Below are positions 24,001 to 37,565 of a stretch of DNA of 64,000 nt, one piece after another (position 1 is the first letter of the stretch; each line of letters starts with the position of its first letter). The notes beneath the pieces are model-generated. The model did not search any database, was not told the DNA's origin, and was given only the letters and a program-made list of their open reading frames with translations. Location of the stretch: NCBI GenBank assembly GCA_030264375.1, contig JASCQW010000112.1:45727709-45791708 (forward strand). Direction: 5' to 3'. Source of the stretch: Carcharhinus longimanus. Lineage: Eukaryota. Position numbers and translations under genes: made by a program.

Positions 24001-24514
24001 TGGGACACTAAGAAATAATTTTTCATGGTCAATCCACCTTTCCTGCNNNNNNNNNNNNNNNNNNNNNNNNNNNNNNNNNNNNNNNNNNNNNNNNNNNNNN
24101 NNNNNNNNNNNNNNNNNNNNNNNNNNNNNNNNNNNNNNNNNNNNNNGACACTAAGAAATAATTTTTCATGGTCAATCCACCTTTCCTGCACATTTTATGA
24201 AGAGAGAGGCTGTTTAAATTATACCAGATGTTGTCCAGTTTATATACCAGCAATCTGGAAAGAAAGTCATATGTACTGACAAAAGAGAAGTTAAGCCAAC
24301 AACATCTGCCTGAATGAAATGGAGATGAGTAAGAGATTAATGAGAATCATTAACACTCTCAGTCCTACCTGCCACTGCTAATAACTGTTGTGATATGATA
24401 TGCTTGCACCTTTAAGGACATGCATCTTAAACTGCTGCCAATCGCTACTGCCACCACAGGTTATAATGTTAATGCCTATGAGTTGCAGTCAGATAGCAAG
24501 CAGTAGCTTAGGGG

Positions 24515-25350
24515 TCAGAGCCGGCATTCTCCCAAGAACAACTAAGGGTGGGGAAACAGGAGAATTCCCCACCTGTATTTGGGCATACTTACCTGAATGA
24601 ATCCCCGACGCTCTGTGTTGCATAGGAAAATTCAGGCCAGTGTGTGGGAGGCTGGGCCTCATTCCTGCCCAAGAGGCTGGGGGCATAGTGCTGAGCAGAT
24701 GACTACAAATGCTCCAGTCTGTCAGTGGGGAGATCAGTGTATGTGCCATTGCCCCACCCCCGCCCTCCCACCAGCACCACCATTGCTGGCTTCCCAATCA
24801 CTGGCTTCCTGTTTATCCCTGAATCCCCGCCCTGATTGCTGGTCTCCCAACACCCCCCCCAATCGCCGGCCTTCCTGACTACGACACCTCCCCCGCCACC
24901 CCAATTGCTGGCCTACCAGACTACCCCCCGGGGCCCTATCCCTCTGATCCTATTGCAGAATGGGTCTCCCCCACTACCAATTACTCCCCCAATAAGTCCG
25001 TCCCCCCGTATACCACATCTGTCTGGCCCCACTCCCTTGGCACTACCTGGTGCCAGTGTGCACCTTGGGCAGTGCCAGCATGCCAGCAGAGTGAAGACAA
25101 CCTGCCCACCTGTTAGTGAACTACGACACAGGCCCACTAATCATATGGACATCCAAATATTCAGACGATAATCACCTCCACGCTGACTACGTTGAAAAAA
25201 GGGCCTTGGAGACTCGCCATCAGCCAGATGTGAGTCACGAATCCTATTAAAAGTCTCCCGCTGTTGTCTCCTGGCCCACTGCAGTATTCAAGCAGCACAG
25301 CAGGCTGGGAGGATCCGCTTCCGGATATAGCATAATTCATCTCCCAGAGA
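24515..25350. mobile_element. Harbinger-type MITE remnant
   Basis: gccggcattctcccaa TIR-like start; ggcagtgccagcatgccagc motifs. Confidence 0.55.
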
Positions 25351-26129
25351 ACTTTATCTGCATGTACACTTATTTTAAAATACAGATCCCACATTATTGC
25401 TTCACTAATCCCTGTGTATGATCAGTGCACCGGCATTGAAAAAAGGAATAACAGTTGTTACATTTGAGTCTCAATTTATAAGTCGAACATTTTGGGGTTA
25501 CACTGCTGTTGGCACGTTTCATTACAGATAGTTACGGTACAGTTTCACCCGAGGTTCCATGTCTTCATGCATTGTGTCATATAATCTTAAACCCATTCTC
25601 ATCAAATGAAATTGTCTCTGAAGTTTTCACCCTCTCTAAACACGGTTGATTAATTTAAAGATGTTTCCTTTCAAAATGCTGTTCAATAGTTATAAAAATA
25701 ACTCATTCCAACACTCCTGACTAGATAATATTTACTGGTTATTTAGCCGCAGCATCGAGCCTCAATTTCCCACAAATTTATGGGATTTATAGTTTGCCTT
25801 GATTTCCCTCTCAGCGATCTGAATTCCATGTGTAGCCTCTCACACCATGTGAAAGGGATCCTCATTCCTATCCCCTGAAGGGTTTCTGCTTGACATGTTC
25901 CTTTATAGGCAAACATTCCTCGCAAAAGTCAAGTTTATCACTTTGAACTGCCAGAGTCCAGGTGGTAAAGTATACTCTTCAAGCAGATAGTACATTGCTT
26001 CAAGGAGATCCTGTGTATTCATCCTTCAACTAACATGTCACTGTATCTTAAGCATCTTGTAAGACCAGCAACAGAGGTCATAGATCACTTTCTTTGAATG
26101 AAACAGTTGCTGCCAAAGTAAGCTGGTTT

Positions 26130-26340
26130 AAGCAATGCTTTAATTTAAAAATTCTCATTCCTGTTTTCAAATCCTCCTATGACTTTGTCCTCTCCATCTC
26201 GTAATCTTCTCCACCCCCACAACCATCCAGACTACCTGCACTACTTGAAACCTACCTCTTTTACCAAATTATCTCTTTATGTGACTCGTCATAAATTTTT
26301 GGAACACTTTGAGACATTTTATTAAGTTAAAGATGCTATG
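26130..26340 (+). mobile_element. L2 LINE 3' fragment
   Basis: tttaaaaattctcattcctgttttcaaatcc (FKIL..VFKS-like) and tail cactttgagacatttt...aaagatgctat. Confidence 0.5.
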
Positions 26341-26829
26341 GCCCTGATTTTCATCATCATTATGAAAATCCTGAAAATGGCCAAAAATCCTAAATGCTAT
26401 TGTCAAACCCAGCATTTCCACCTTTGCGGGGTGGGGGAAGGGGGGATTCTGGAATTTGCGCATATGCGATTCACAGAGGCAGTAGGCCATTTAACTCAGC
26501 TCCACTTCAGTGGGATTTTGGAAGAGCAGACAGTGCAGATTAGAAAGGGTAAGACGAAGTCTGAGCTTTCTGGATTATTATGGATAATCATAATAGCCAA
26601 TAGAGAGGTAAGGCCCCCTTTTGGATAAGGTGGTAAGACACCTTTGGGAGATGTAAGCCATCTTTTGGGAGAGTTAAGGTACCCATTGGAATTGTTAAAT
26701 GTAAACATGATTATGCACAAACTCAATGGAACTAAAAAGCTGTAAAAGAGATGTTGAACTGTTCAAGAAATGTGCAACTGTCAAGGAAATGTTAAGGAGC
26801 TATCTGGCTGTCAAATCTGCCAAACAAAG

Positions 26830-28950
26830 ATGGGATTCCTTTAGTGCCAGGGGCTTGAATGGGGCAGAGTTTGCTCAGTGTGTCCAAGAGTGCTTCTTGA
26901 GGCAATATGTAGACAGTCCAACTTGAGAAGGAGCTATCATAGATGTGGTTCTGGGAAGCAAACATAGATAGGTGATTGATGGCTCAAAGGGGAACCATTT
27001 TGGGAACAGTGATCATAATTCTATGAGTTTCAAGACACTTGTAGAAAATCATAGAAGTAATCCCAGAAAGTACTAAACTGGGGGATGGCTAACTATGCAG
27101 TATTAAGCAGAAGCTAGGGAATGTAGACTGGGGACAGCTGTTTGAAGGTACATCCATACCCGATATGTTGATGTCAATTGTTAATAATTCAGGACAAGGA
27201 TGTCCCTATAAAATTGAAGGACAAAGATGGTAAGATTCGGGAACCCAGGATGACAAGAGATATTGTGAACTTAGTGAAAAAGAAAGAGGCATACATAAAT
27301 TTCAGAAAATTGAAAATGAATAACGCACTTGGGGAATACAAAGATTGCAGGAAAAAGCTTAGGAGGGCAAAAAGGGGCCATGAAATGTATCTGGCAGGCA
27401 GGATTAAGGAGAATCCCAAGGCTTATATAGGGAGGAAGAGGATAGGATAGTAGAGGGAATTTGTGTGTGGACCAGATGAGGTAGGTGAGGTCCTTATGAG
27501 TATTTAGAATCAGTATTCATAAAGAAGAAGGATATGGTAGATGGTGAGTGTAGAAAAGAGGATGTTGACATTCTAGGATATGTTGAGATAAAAAGGGAGG
27601 AGGACTTGGAGATTTTGAAAAACATTAAGGTGGACAAGTCCCCAGGGTCTATCCCAGAATCCTGAGAGATGAGGGAAGAAATTGCTGAGGCCTTGGCCAA
27701 AATCTTTGTATCCTCTTTAGCCACAGGCAAGGTACCAGGAGATTGGAGAGTGGCTAACATTGTTTCTCCATTTAAAAAGAGCAGGAGAGACAATTCGGGA
27801 AAAGATAGGCCTGTGAGCTTACATCAGTGGTAGGGAAATTATTAGAAAAGATTTTTCAGGACAGGATGTACTCACATCCAGAACAGAAAAGACTTATTAG
27901 CAATTGGCAGCATGGTTTTGCGAAGGCGAGGTCGTGTCTCATAAACTTGATTGAGTTCTTTGAGGAAGTGAAACAAAAAATGACCAGGGCAGGACAGTAG
28001 ATGTTGTATACGTGGACTTCAGTAAAGCGTTCGATAAATTTCCTCATGGCAGGCTGGAGTCATGGGGGATCCAAGGTGAGCAGGTAAGATGGACACAAAA
28101 TTGGCTTGGGCAGAGAAGGCAGAGGGTAACAGTGGAAGGGTACTTTTCTAACTGGAGGTCTGTGACAAGCGGTTTTCCACAAGGACCAGTGCTGGAGCCT
28201 CTGTTGTTTGTAATATATATATAATATATATAAATGATTTGGAGCAATAAGTAGGTAGTCTGATTAGTAAATTTTGTAGATGGTACAAAAATTGGGGGAG
28301 TAGAAGATAGTGAGGAAGATTGTCAGAGGATACAGCAGGATATAAATTGGCTGGAGACCTGAGCCAAAAGATGGCAGATGGAATTTAACCCAGACAAATG
28401 TGAGGTGATGCAATTTGGAAGGTTTCCTGCAGAAGGAAAGTATACAGTAAATGGTAGAACCCTGAGAAATATTAGCATACACAGGGATCTAGATGTGCTG
28501 ATCCATTGTTCCCTTAAGGTGGCAATTGTTCCCTTAAGGTAGTCAAGGGAGTCAAAAAGGGATATGACATGCTGGCCTTCATCGGTCAGGGCACTGAGTA
28601 TAGGAATTGAAAAATCATGTTGCAGCTGTATAAGACTTTGTAAGTAGTCTCACAANNNNNNNNNNAGCAGGTTAAAGTCCAACAGGTTTATTTGGTACCA
28701 AATAAACCTGTTGGACTTTAACCTGGTGTTGTGAGACTACTTACTGTACCTACCCCAGTCCAACGTCGGCAATTCCACATCAGGTATAAGACTTTGGTTA
28801 GGCCGCATTCAGAGTATTGTGCACAATTTTGGTCACCACGCTACCAGAAGAATGTTGATGCATTGGTAAGGGTGCAGAAGAGATTTACCAGGATGTTGCC
28901 TGGTTTGGACGATGTAGGCTATGAAAGAAAGTTGAACAAGCTTGGTGGGC
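26830..28950 (+). mobile_element. CR1 LINE ORF2 (endonuclease end through RT), degenerate
   Basis: FLRQYVDSPT; RRAKRGHE...IKENPKA; DFSKAFDK; WRSVTSG.PQG.VL.PLLFVIYI; YKTLVRPHSEYCAQFWSP. Confidence 0.95.
28641..28783. mobile_element. Fold-back Penelope-end insertion in CR1 with 13-bp TSD gtataagactttg
   Basis: Perfect palindrome caggttaaagtccaacaggtttatttggtaccaaataaacctgttggactttaacctg; TSD at 28628-28640 and 28784-28796. Confidence 0.85.
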
Positions 28951-31900
28951 CAAAGGACCTGATCCTGTGCTGTTCTTTTTTCTTTGTTGAAAGCTCTTCA
29001 GGAAGTGTCAAACCTGTCAAAATTATCCAGGAAGTGTCAAAGCTGTCAAGGAACTAAACAAGAATACCACATGAGTTGGCATTAGGGGGTATAGGTGGAG
29101 AAATGACAGCTAAAACAATAATTTAACAACAATAATGGCAATAGCGGCTTTAAAATAGTTTTTCTGGCTGAGAGTTAAGCATGCTGAGATTTTTGGTAAA
29201 CTTATAATTAAAACAATTCATAAAGTTGCTCTGGATTAGGCTCTAGCCTGGGAGGTGTGACCTGAAGCTGCATGTGTTGACTAAATCAGGGAAGTTGTTT
29301 ACATTTGAACAGACATTGTGCCATCAGATTTTATTACCGTCATGTGTGGTACATGTGTGGTACATGTCAAATGAGCTAATTGTAATGGCGTCGTTCACAA
29401 GTAATTCCATTGGCTGTTCGAGCCATGTGATCAGTTTCTGGGTGACAAGGAATCTTCTGAAAGTGAGTGAAGGATCTGTAGATAAATGGCATTGTAGCCT
29501 TTATTTGGCAACGATAACTCAGAAGAGACCCAACCATCGTAAGAAGCATGTGCCCTGAAGCAATTTCCCTCAGAGAAGAAGATAGATTCTACATCAATAT
29601 TTCTTGGCCAAGATTTTTCCTAAACTCGGTAGTATCTATTTTCACTTAAATAATTAAAGTTGATGTTCAGTTAAATTTAATGTGCAGTTAAGAGTTAAAG
29701 TTCAGTTGAGACTTCATTTTCAGTTGTAGCTGTTTATGTTCAAGAAGTATTAAATAAAGAAATAATTGAATTACTGTCCTTGTTTGTTTTATTAAACTGG
29801 AATGCTTGCAAGGGATTTAAATTAAAAATTGCCAAGTAACAGGGGATAAGGGAAAAGGGTGCCTTGGGCATGAGTTGGACTGATTTGACATGTGTTATGG
29901 GACAATGGAATGGGTAGGGGACACTAATCAACATAGGGGCATGGGCCATGGTGTGGGTGGAGTTCATGGGTTGGCATGGATGGGGCACAGGGAGTGTATA
30001 TGGGAGGTGAGAAGCAACGGGTGAGGACTGGAGGGCTTTTTTTAATGAATATTTTATTTAAATAAACGCAGTGCCTGGGCACAGAGGCCAACTTTGCAAC
30101 AGGCTAATTCTTCATCCATAAATCTATAGATTAATTCCAGGGTTGCCCTAGCCAACAACCCTCCCCCAAACCCCACATTCCACACCCAGAACCCACCTGT
30201 CAACAGGGATCAGATTTGCCTGACTTGGGGATAAAATTCTGAGCCTATAGAGGGACAAGATGTTATTGAATAACATCATATTTCATCTGCCTGATACAAT
30301 TCAGTCACCCAGCATAGGGAGAAAAGAAATTCTAGGCTGTGTGGGTGATATAATTTCCATGAATATAAAGCTCATCCTGCAGATGTCTCACACATAGAAA
30401 ATAGTACTCCAAAGGACATGTTAAACTGTTTGTCCATTAAGGTTAAAGGGTGCATCTGGAAGATTTAGTGACCAGTCAAACTGAAAGACATAATCAACTC
30501 TGTATGGTATTTCCATTCTGAATGTTTGTTATTTTGTTAAACATCTCTGCTCCCCCACCCCATTCTATCCTACCCTAGACTTATATCCCCCGACACCCTG
30601 CACCAAATATCTTTTTCAATTAACCTCCTGCTGACTGAGTAGAATTCCTGGCAATAAATAAATCATTTCCAAAGCTGAACTACAGTTAATTAAGACATCA
30701 TGCAACTGGCTGAAATGAAGGAGAAAAGCTCAGTTCAGAGCATGTTAGCATCAACCTCTGCCAATTTCAACTCCCCAAAGAAGATACCTTTTATTCATTA
30801 TTATTTGAACTTGAACTATGAAATGCTTTATATTCAAAATCAATAAGGCCCATATTCAGCTAAATAACTTGTATGGATATAAACCTGAGGGGATATGTCA
30901 ATATGAAATTCATCATTGGAGATGCTGCCTGCTCAATATCTAGATTTGTACAATATTTTTAGAAGACTGTTCAATGTAATTTATGAATGGAACTATTCCT
31001 CTGTATATAAATTTATCAAACAGTTGGGGACCTCATCATAAACTTAGCTGACTGAAGATAAATATTAATTTTTAAATGTCAAGCCCTCTACAAGACAAAT
31101 TTTATGAAAATAGGCCTGGACTTTTGCAGAATTGCAGAGACTTCATGGAGCTTCCAAAATAACGGGTAGGACCCCCATTTCTGACAGATCCAATTTTTAC
31201 TAATAGAGGGAAGGAAAGAAAGGATCCATACAGGAGGTAAACTTGAAGTCGGCTGGATTATATGAATTCAGTTCTCAGTTTGAACAGACCCAATGTTGGC
31301 TTTGCAAGGGTCTTAACGCGCAGTGTGGGAGTCATAATTCTAGCGTCTATGTAAGTACTTTAAAGGGCCTGTAGAAATGTTAAAATGTGAAGTTATTTAA
31401 AACACCAACCCTTTAAATATTAAGAAAATAGGCTGCATCTGGTGTTAGTGAGTGTTGGAAAAACTCTTTGCTCACAGTTATTTCTGTTTGCTAAAAATTC
31501 TGCAAAGACTTTTCTTATGTCTTGTGAATACTTGGCACTTTCCGCAAGTTGCAATTATCTCAGCAGGGTGTCTTAAGTTCACAGTTTTATTGACAGCTGA
31601 AATTAGCTGTGTTTCACGTAGGGCAAAAATAGAAGATCATTTTTATCAGACAGTAACCACAGTAACCACTTGAAATGCTTGAATGCTTTCAAGAATATGG
31701 ATTTATTTTCAATATAGTGAAAACTGTATTAGATTTTNNNNNNNNNNNNNNNNNNNNNNNNNNNNNNNNNNNNNNNNNNNNNNNNNNNNNNNNNNNNNNN
31801 NNNNNNNNNNNNNNNNNNNNNNNNNNNNNNNNNNNNNTTAGATTTTTAGGAAGCATATTTTATGACAAACAAAGAAAGACCTCAAGTCATGACAGAAATG

Positions 31901-32809
31901 CCTTAGACAAATTCACTAAGACATACCATGTGATTGTTATCTCTATTCGGTCAGTTTTGCTAGAATTCCACAATATTCCATTGTTCTGGGAATACCCTCA
32001 TCCTCTCAGCAAATGGGAATAATCATATACTTAGTCCCACGAGTCAATGTCTTCTGAGCTGTTCTCAGAATATGAAGGCAGTATGTTTAGATCTATTTCA
32101 TTTTTGCAGCAAGGTCATTATTGACTATACCACTGATGCATAACATAACTCCAGCAGTGAATGATGGTAGACTTGCTGTTTTCAGCTGTAGTAATTCCTG
32201 CTAATACAGACAAAAATGGGGTCATAAAATATTTATAAACCCTTTCATCATTTATTTAGACGTTGGATCTAAAAACAAAAGGTTTCCTTTCTCTTCAACT
32301 GACCAAGAATGCTCTGAAGATCATAACAGAAATTCACTATCCACATAGTGCAAACAATGTCCCTCATGGTTATTACTGATCAATCAGAATTACTGTGCTG
32401 TAAGAAGAATCTCATTTGTGCTGCGGTAATTTTGAAAAGACTGACATACATCAGTAGCAGTTTTGCTGTCATCTTCTCCGTAGTTCATTGTCCCTGAAGG
32501 AACAAGAGGCACATGAATTCAATCAGTTTTGGGGTTTATTGGACTACTTGGAGTCAAACTCAGTTCTGTGATTAAAAATAAATGATCTCAGCAAGACATC
32601 CCGCAAGTATTTTCTGATTTATAGTCCAGGATGGTCACATCATCTATTTATGTTAGAATTCAAAGGAGTAGAAAGTTCAAAAGGGAAATATTTCTTCTAA
32701 TCATATCGAGCAAAAGTTTTCTTTTTCACCTACTGCTCAATCTGCTGATTTCCTGGGTCAAGATGATCATTTTGCAGCTGTGGTTGCAGTTTAACATCCT
32801 ACATCATAT

Positions 32810-32985
32810 GAAATAGGAGCAGGAGTAGGTTATTCAAGCCATCGAGCTGTTCTACCATTCAATGGGATCATGCTGATCTGATTGTGGCACTCACTCCACT
32901 TTCATGCCTACCACATAACGCTTGACTCCGTTGTATATTAAAAACCTGTGTAACTCACCCTTGGATATATTCAATAACTGAACGA
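32810..32985 (-). mobile_element. CR1 3' end
   Basis: gaaataggagcaggagtagg...ccattcaatgggatcatg. Confidence 0.75.
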
Positions 32986-34364
32986 TTGACAGGCTCAAAA
33001 ACTGACGCAATACTCATTTCCAACTGTAATTGGCCAGCGGCTGCAATTTCACGCTGGTTGGTGAATTACCTGTTTGCCAGCATGAAACACGTGCTGATAA
33101 AAGACTCAGCATTGCTGGCTGGGAGTTCCCTGAAGGCTAACAGTGCTGTGGAACTGCCTCAGGGAGCTGTAAAAATGAAATGATCTCAAATAAATGCTGC
33201 AAGCTACATCAATGCTGCGAATCCAAGCACCCAGCAGCAGAGCACATAACACAAAAACCCTCAAACACCTATCACCCCAGGTATTTTCACCCACCATGGA
33301 TGGAATTTGTAACAAAATCTGAAGGTCGATTGGCCACATAAATTCAATTGGATCCTGAATGGGTTTGTCTTTAAGAATTATATATTTCTTTGAGGGGAAA
33401 CAAAGTGACAAGCAAAGCCAAACTGTGTTGATGCACACTTCTCAATTTTGCAATTCTGCAAACATGTTTCATCTTCATTAATGTGCTCACCTCAGTCCTT
33501 GTCTGAAGAACATCCACCTTTTGATATTTCACAATAATGCGAAAAACAAATGAGTGTGACAACGATGAGTGTTGCGTCTCCCATCAAGTTTTGCAGAACT
33601 AGTGTCCATGATTTCATGCACTCCAAAATATAATGAAAGAAAATAACCTAGACCTTCAAAATGGAATAGGTCAGCCAGTTGATTTCAGATCCTGATACAA
33701 TTTATAGAGAAATGCATGCAGTCCCTCAGGCCAGCATCACAGCTAGTCCTATCACTAAAATTCATTCTGGGGAAGTGTGAATTAAAAGAAAAACTGTATT
33801 TATCTTATCCGCATGCATGGCAGGGGTATTATAAATGAAACAATATCAGATTGCCAAGCTCAGTGCTTCAAGGGTAGATAAACGCAAGAGATTTTCAAAG
33901 ATTTTGCTTCTCTTCCAGCACTTTACACTAAGATAGGCTGCGTAATAATGTCCATGCCATCCTACTCACTTGCTCTGTTTCCACTGATCTTTCAGGTGGT
34001 ATTTCAAGATCATTCATTCACACAAATGTAACGGGCAATATATTTGTTACAGTGAGTTTCACACCTCAGATAATGAAGGTTACTTCAGTATTCAACATGC
34101 TGTTGACTGACTACATGCTCCCTGGTGTGAGCTTAGCACTGGATTGTAATCCTAGTCTCCTTTTGAGACAATTACAGATCAGGCATCCCTCTCAAATGAT
34201 TCTTCTCGACTTTAAGTTGAGAAAGACAAATATTAAGGACCTTACATGGGCCTGAAGGTTTTTCTAACCCTCCCTAAAGGAAAGGAGCTACCTGAGAGTA
34301 TTGCCATCCTCTAGATAGCCTTTGTAACAAGTATCAGCCAGATATTAATATTCTGGGTATAATT

Positions 34365-35155
34365 AGGGCCAACTGCTCCCACTAATGGGGAACTGGCAGC
34401 CAACTCAGCAAGAGGGAACAGAGGCCATTGTGGCCCCCAGGAGGTCAGGGGTAAGAGCAGGTGCAACCTGGGCAGTGCCATTCTGGCAGTGCCAGCTGGG
34501 CTTCTTGGCACTGCCTAACGGGCACCTTGGCACTGCCCACTGGGCATTGGGCAGTGTGAAGGGTGGAGGTCTGGAGGGGGCATGGCCTATTGTGGGGGTG
34601 GGAGTTGGAGGGGTGGTGGGTCCTGCTGCCATTCTGCAATTGGGATCGCAGACAAAGGGAGGGAGGACACCGATCGAGGCTGGCCTCCAGATTTCAGTGG
34701 GGGGAGAAGTCAGGGCTGTTGGGGGGTTGGGGCTGCCAAGAGGTGGGGGTCAGGACTGCCCAGGGGGGTCAGGGAGATTGGATCTGGCCAGGGGCCAGCG
34801 AGATTAGGGTTGTCCGGGGTGGTGGGGGACATCAGAGCTGGCCTGAAGACATCTGGGAGGCCAGAGATCAGTGGTTGGGGTGGGATCAGAGGGGCAGTGA
34901 TTGAGACTGGCATTGTGGGGTCATTGCACATGCGCCAATCTCGGCGCTGACAGATCAGCATATGCACAGTGGCCTGCTATGCTGCCAGCCTCTCCAGGGG
35001 GAATAGGCCCTTCCCATGACTTTCAGCATGAATCACTCTGCAGTGCTTAGAGTGTGGGGGATTCAACTTGAAAATCCCGCTGAAAAACCAGTGGGAATTA
35101 TTCCCATTTTCATGCAAATTAGTGACTTAGAATTTTTTTGGAAGAATCCCGGCCC
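34365..35155. mobile_element. Harbinger-type MITE
   Basis: Ends in acttagaattttttttggaagaatcccggccc-like TIR; ggcagtgcc/ggcactgcc motif cluster. Confidence 0.65.
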
Positions 35156-35856
35156 AGATGTTTTAGAGTAGAACTTTTAGTTTCAGTCTTTAAAGTTTTA
35201 ACTGTGGGTAAATGGGGGCATCTGGTTAAGAAACTAAGAAACAGCCCTCATGTAAAGGAAAACTGTGGCTATGTTTATCTTAGAAGGTCAGAGTTGATTG
35301 TGAAAAGAAAATTAAGCAATGGATGACCCATCTATGGGTCTTTTCGTGGAACCAGGAAGTCTGGAGAGATGTTACTTACATCCATTCGAAATATAAGTTA
35401 TTAATTTGGGTTACAGAATCAAAGAGTAATGTTGAAGGTAAAATAATTAATTTATATTTCTATTTGTGTCCATCCCATATTTTCAGAGGTGGACTCTATG
35501 GTAAAAAGTTATTTTGTTTAAGTTATCTGGGTGCCTGCTCAGGAAGCAGGCAATTTCAATGTTGCTTTGCATCTCACTGAGCTCAGAGAGACAAAGGAAA
35601 TAAATGTTAGTCAGGCAGAAAAAAATACTTTGTCATTGACTGTGCAGAATGCACGTGAGGCTTGAGCTCAGTTTGGACTTGCTGAGGGGAAAGAAGCAGA
35701 AAGATTTTCCTCGCTTGTTGGGAGAGGTAGAAATCTATAATGGTCGTCACAGAGCCTTGTGGCAGCGGCATTTCACACTTACTGTAGCTTGGAAGCAGTC
35801 AGCTAAGAACAGGTAGAGAGAAATCCTTTGTCAGGAGCTGGGAATCATCTATTGCA

Positions 35857-35942
35857 GTAAAAAGTCTCACAAAACCAGGTTAACCCCTGGTGTTGTGAGA
35901 CATTTTACTGTGTTTACTCTAGTCAAACACCGGCATCTCCAC
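35857..35942. mobile_element. Minimal fold-back Penelope-end insertion with 14-bp TSD aatcatctattgca
   Basis: TSD at 35843-35856 and 35943-35956; gtaaaaagtctcacaa...ttgtgagacattttac hairpin. Confidence 0.85.
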
Positions 35943-37084
35943 AATCATCTATTGCACCAGCAACCACATGGAAACTGTAGGAGTAGAGAAGACCAGTAGG
36001 AACCAGGAATGATCCCGAGGTTTAAATCCAGAGTCAGGATGCAATGGTAGCCTGAGTTTTATCTGAGAAGTTCGCAGTCACAAAGTTTTGAGGAGAATTT
36101 AAAGGATCGCTTAATCCAAAGCTAATGGAAGGGCACCTTTTAATTTCTTTGGAGACTAGCTGGAACACTGAAGAGTAATCAAAGTGATTTCCAGGGTCCT
36201 GTGAGGTACCTTTGTATGACTACCAGAAGAAGTGAATGAACCTTCCAGATTTTTTAATGTATAAAGGAACTCTTGAATGGAAGTTAAATGTAGAACTGAG
36301 CTCATAGCATAAGCAATTATAAACTATAGTGTTAAAGTAATAGTGTTTGCTATGTTTAATTCTTCTCATGCACAATAAAGTTTGCTATTATTGAAGTAAA
36401 ATCTGATGGCATAGTTGTTGATTGATTGTTGACTGTTCTGACAGTCCCTAAAAAGATGATAAAAGAATTGAGAAATGTAATAACAAGTTAAGAAATTGTT
36501 AAAAAATCCAAGGTGTTCTTGAGTTTTTATAGTGGATCTTGTGGCTGCATAACTAATATCTTAGTTATTGAAGTAGTCTTTTAATTGTAATTAGGTTCAG
36601 CCTTTTAATGTTCCAAGAGATTTTGATCATGGTTTAATTTCTCAGTAGATCCAGCCCTCCTTGATTTCAAGAAAATTTACTTAAATGTTGTTGTCTAAGC
36701 AATGTCTGGGTGTCATCAATTTTGGAGAGGCTAAGCTGTTCGGACTTACGATGGTCTTTTCACTAGTCACCTGTTTTAAGATGATAGTGTTGTTCTTGGT
36801 TAAGTAGCTTGTAACAATTCCAGTTGACTATGGTCTAGGATTATCAGAAGAAGCAAATACTACACTGACAGTTTGCAACAAAAAAAATATACCACTATTT
36901 TGGTTCTGTATTTCTCTTTATCAGGATTCGTATTAGTAAGAATTCCTGGTAAGCAGGAATTTCTCTTTCAGAACCATCCTGGGATCTGACTGTAGGTCTG
37001 AAGCTGCAAACCTCTGTACAGAATTTACCTGTAAACAAATATGTTGTTATTTTTAATGTAACTGGTGAACAAGAATTATTACCC

Positions 37085-37565
37085 ACCTTCTCAACTTTTT
37101 CTTCCAGAATGAACAATCTCACATTTTCCCACGTTAAATTCCATTTGCCAATTTTCTGTCCATTCACTGTGAACACTTCTCTGTAAACTATTTATACCCT
37201 CCTTACATCCTGCCTTCCCTCCCATCTTTGCACCATCTGCATATTTGGCCACAGTGTGCTCTGTTCCTTCCTCCAAATCATTAATATAGATTGTGAAGAG
37301 CTGAAATCCCAGCACTGATCCTTGTGGCGCTCCACCGGTTACTGCCCTGCAACCTGGAAAGACCCCTTTATCGCTATTCATTGCTTCCTGTTACTTAGCC
37401 AATCCTCTATCCGTTACCTCCATAACACTATGAGCTCCTGTCTTGCCTTTTGTATGGCATCTTATCGAATGCCTTTTTAAAATGCAAACTCACAACATCA
37501 ACTGGTTCTCCTCCATCTAATTTGGCTGATACCGCCTCAAAGATCTGTAGTAACTTTGTCAGACA
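37085..37565 (-). mobile_element. CR1 RT fragment
   Basis: VTGGAPQGSVLG..LFTIYINDL...KYADGAKMGG; PVDVV..FKKAFDK. Confidence 0.9.

Noticed and set aside
24005-24188. Exact direct repeats flanking ~100-N gaps (also 44129-44326 and 31728-31847)
   Set aside because: Identical sequence on both sides of a placeholder gap most likely reflects unmerged contig overlap
30787-30884. Minus-strand exon candidate with acceptor atcccctcag
   Set aside because: Stops in all three frames and a poor donor
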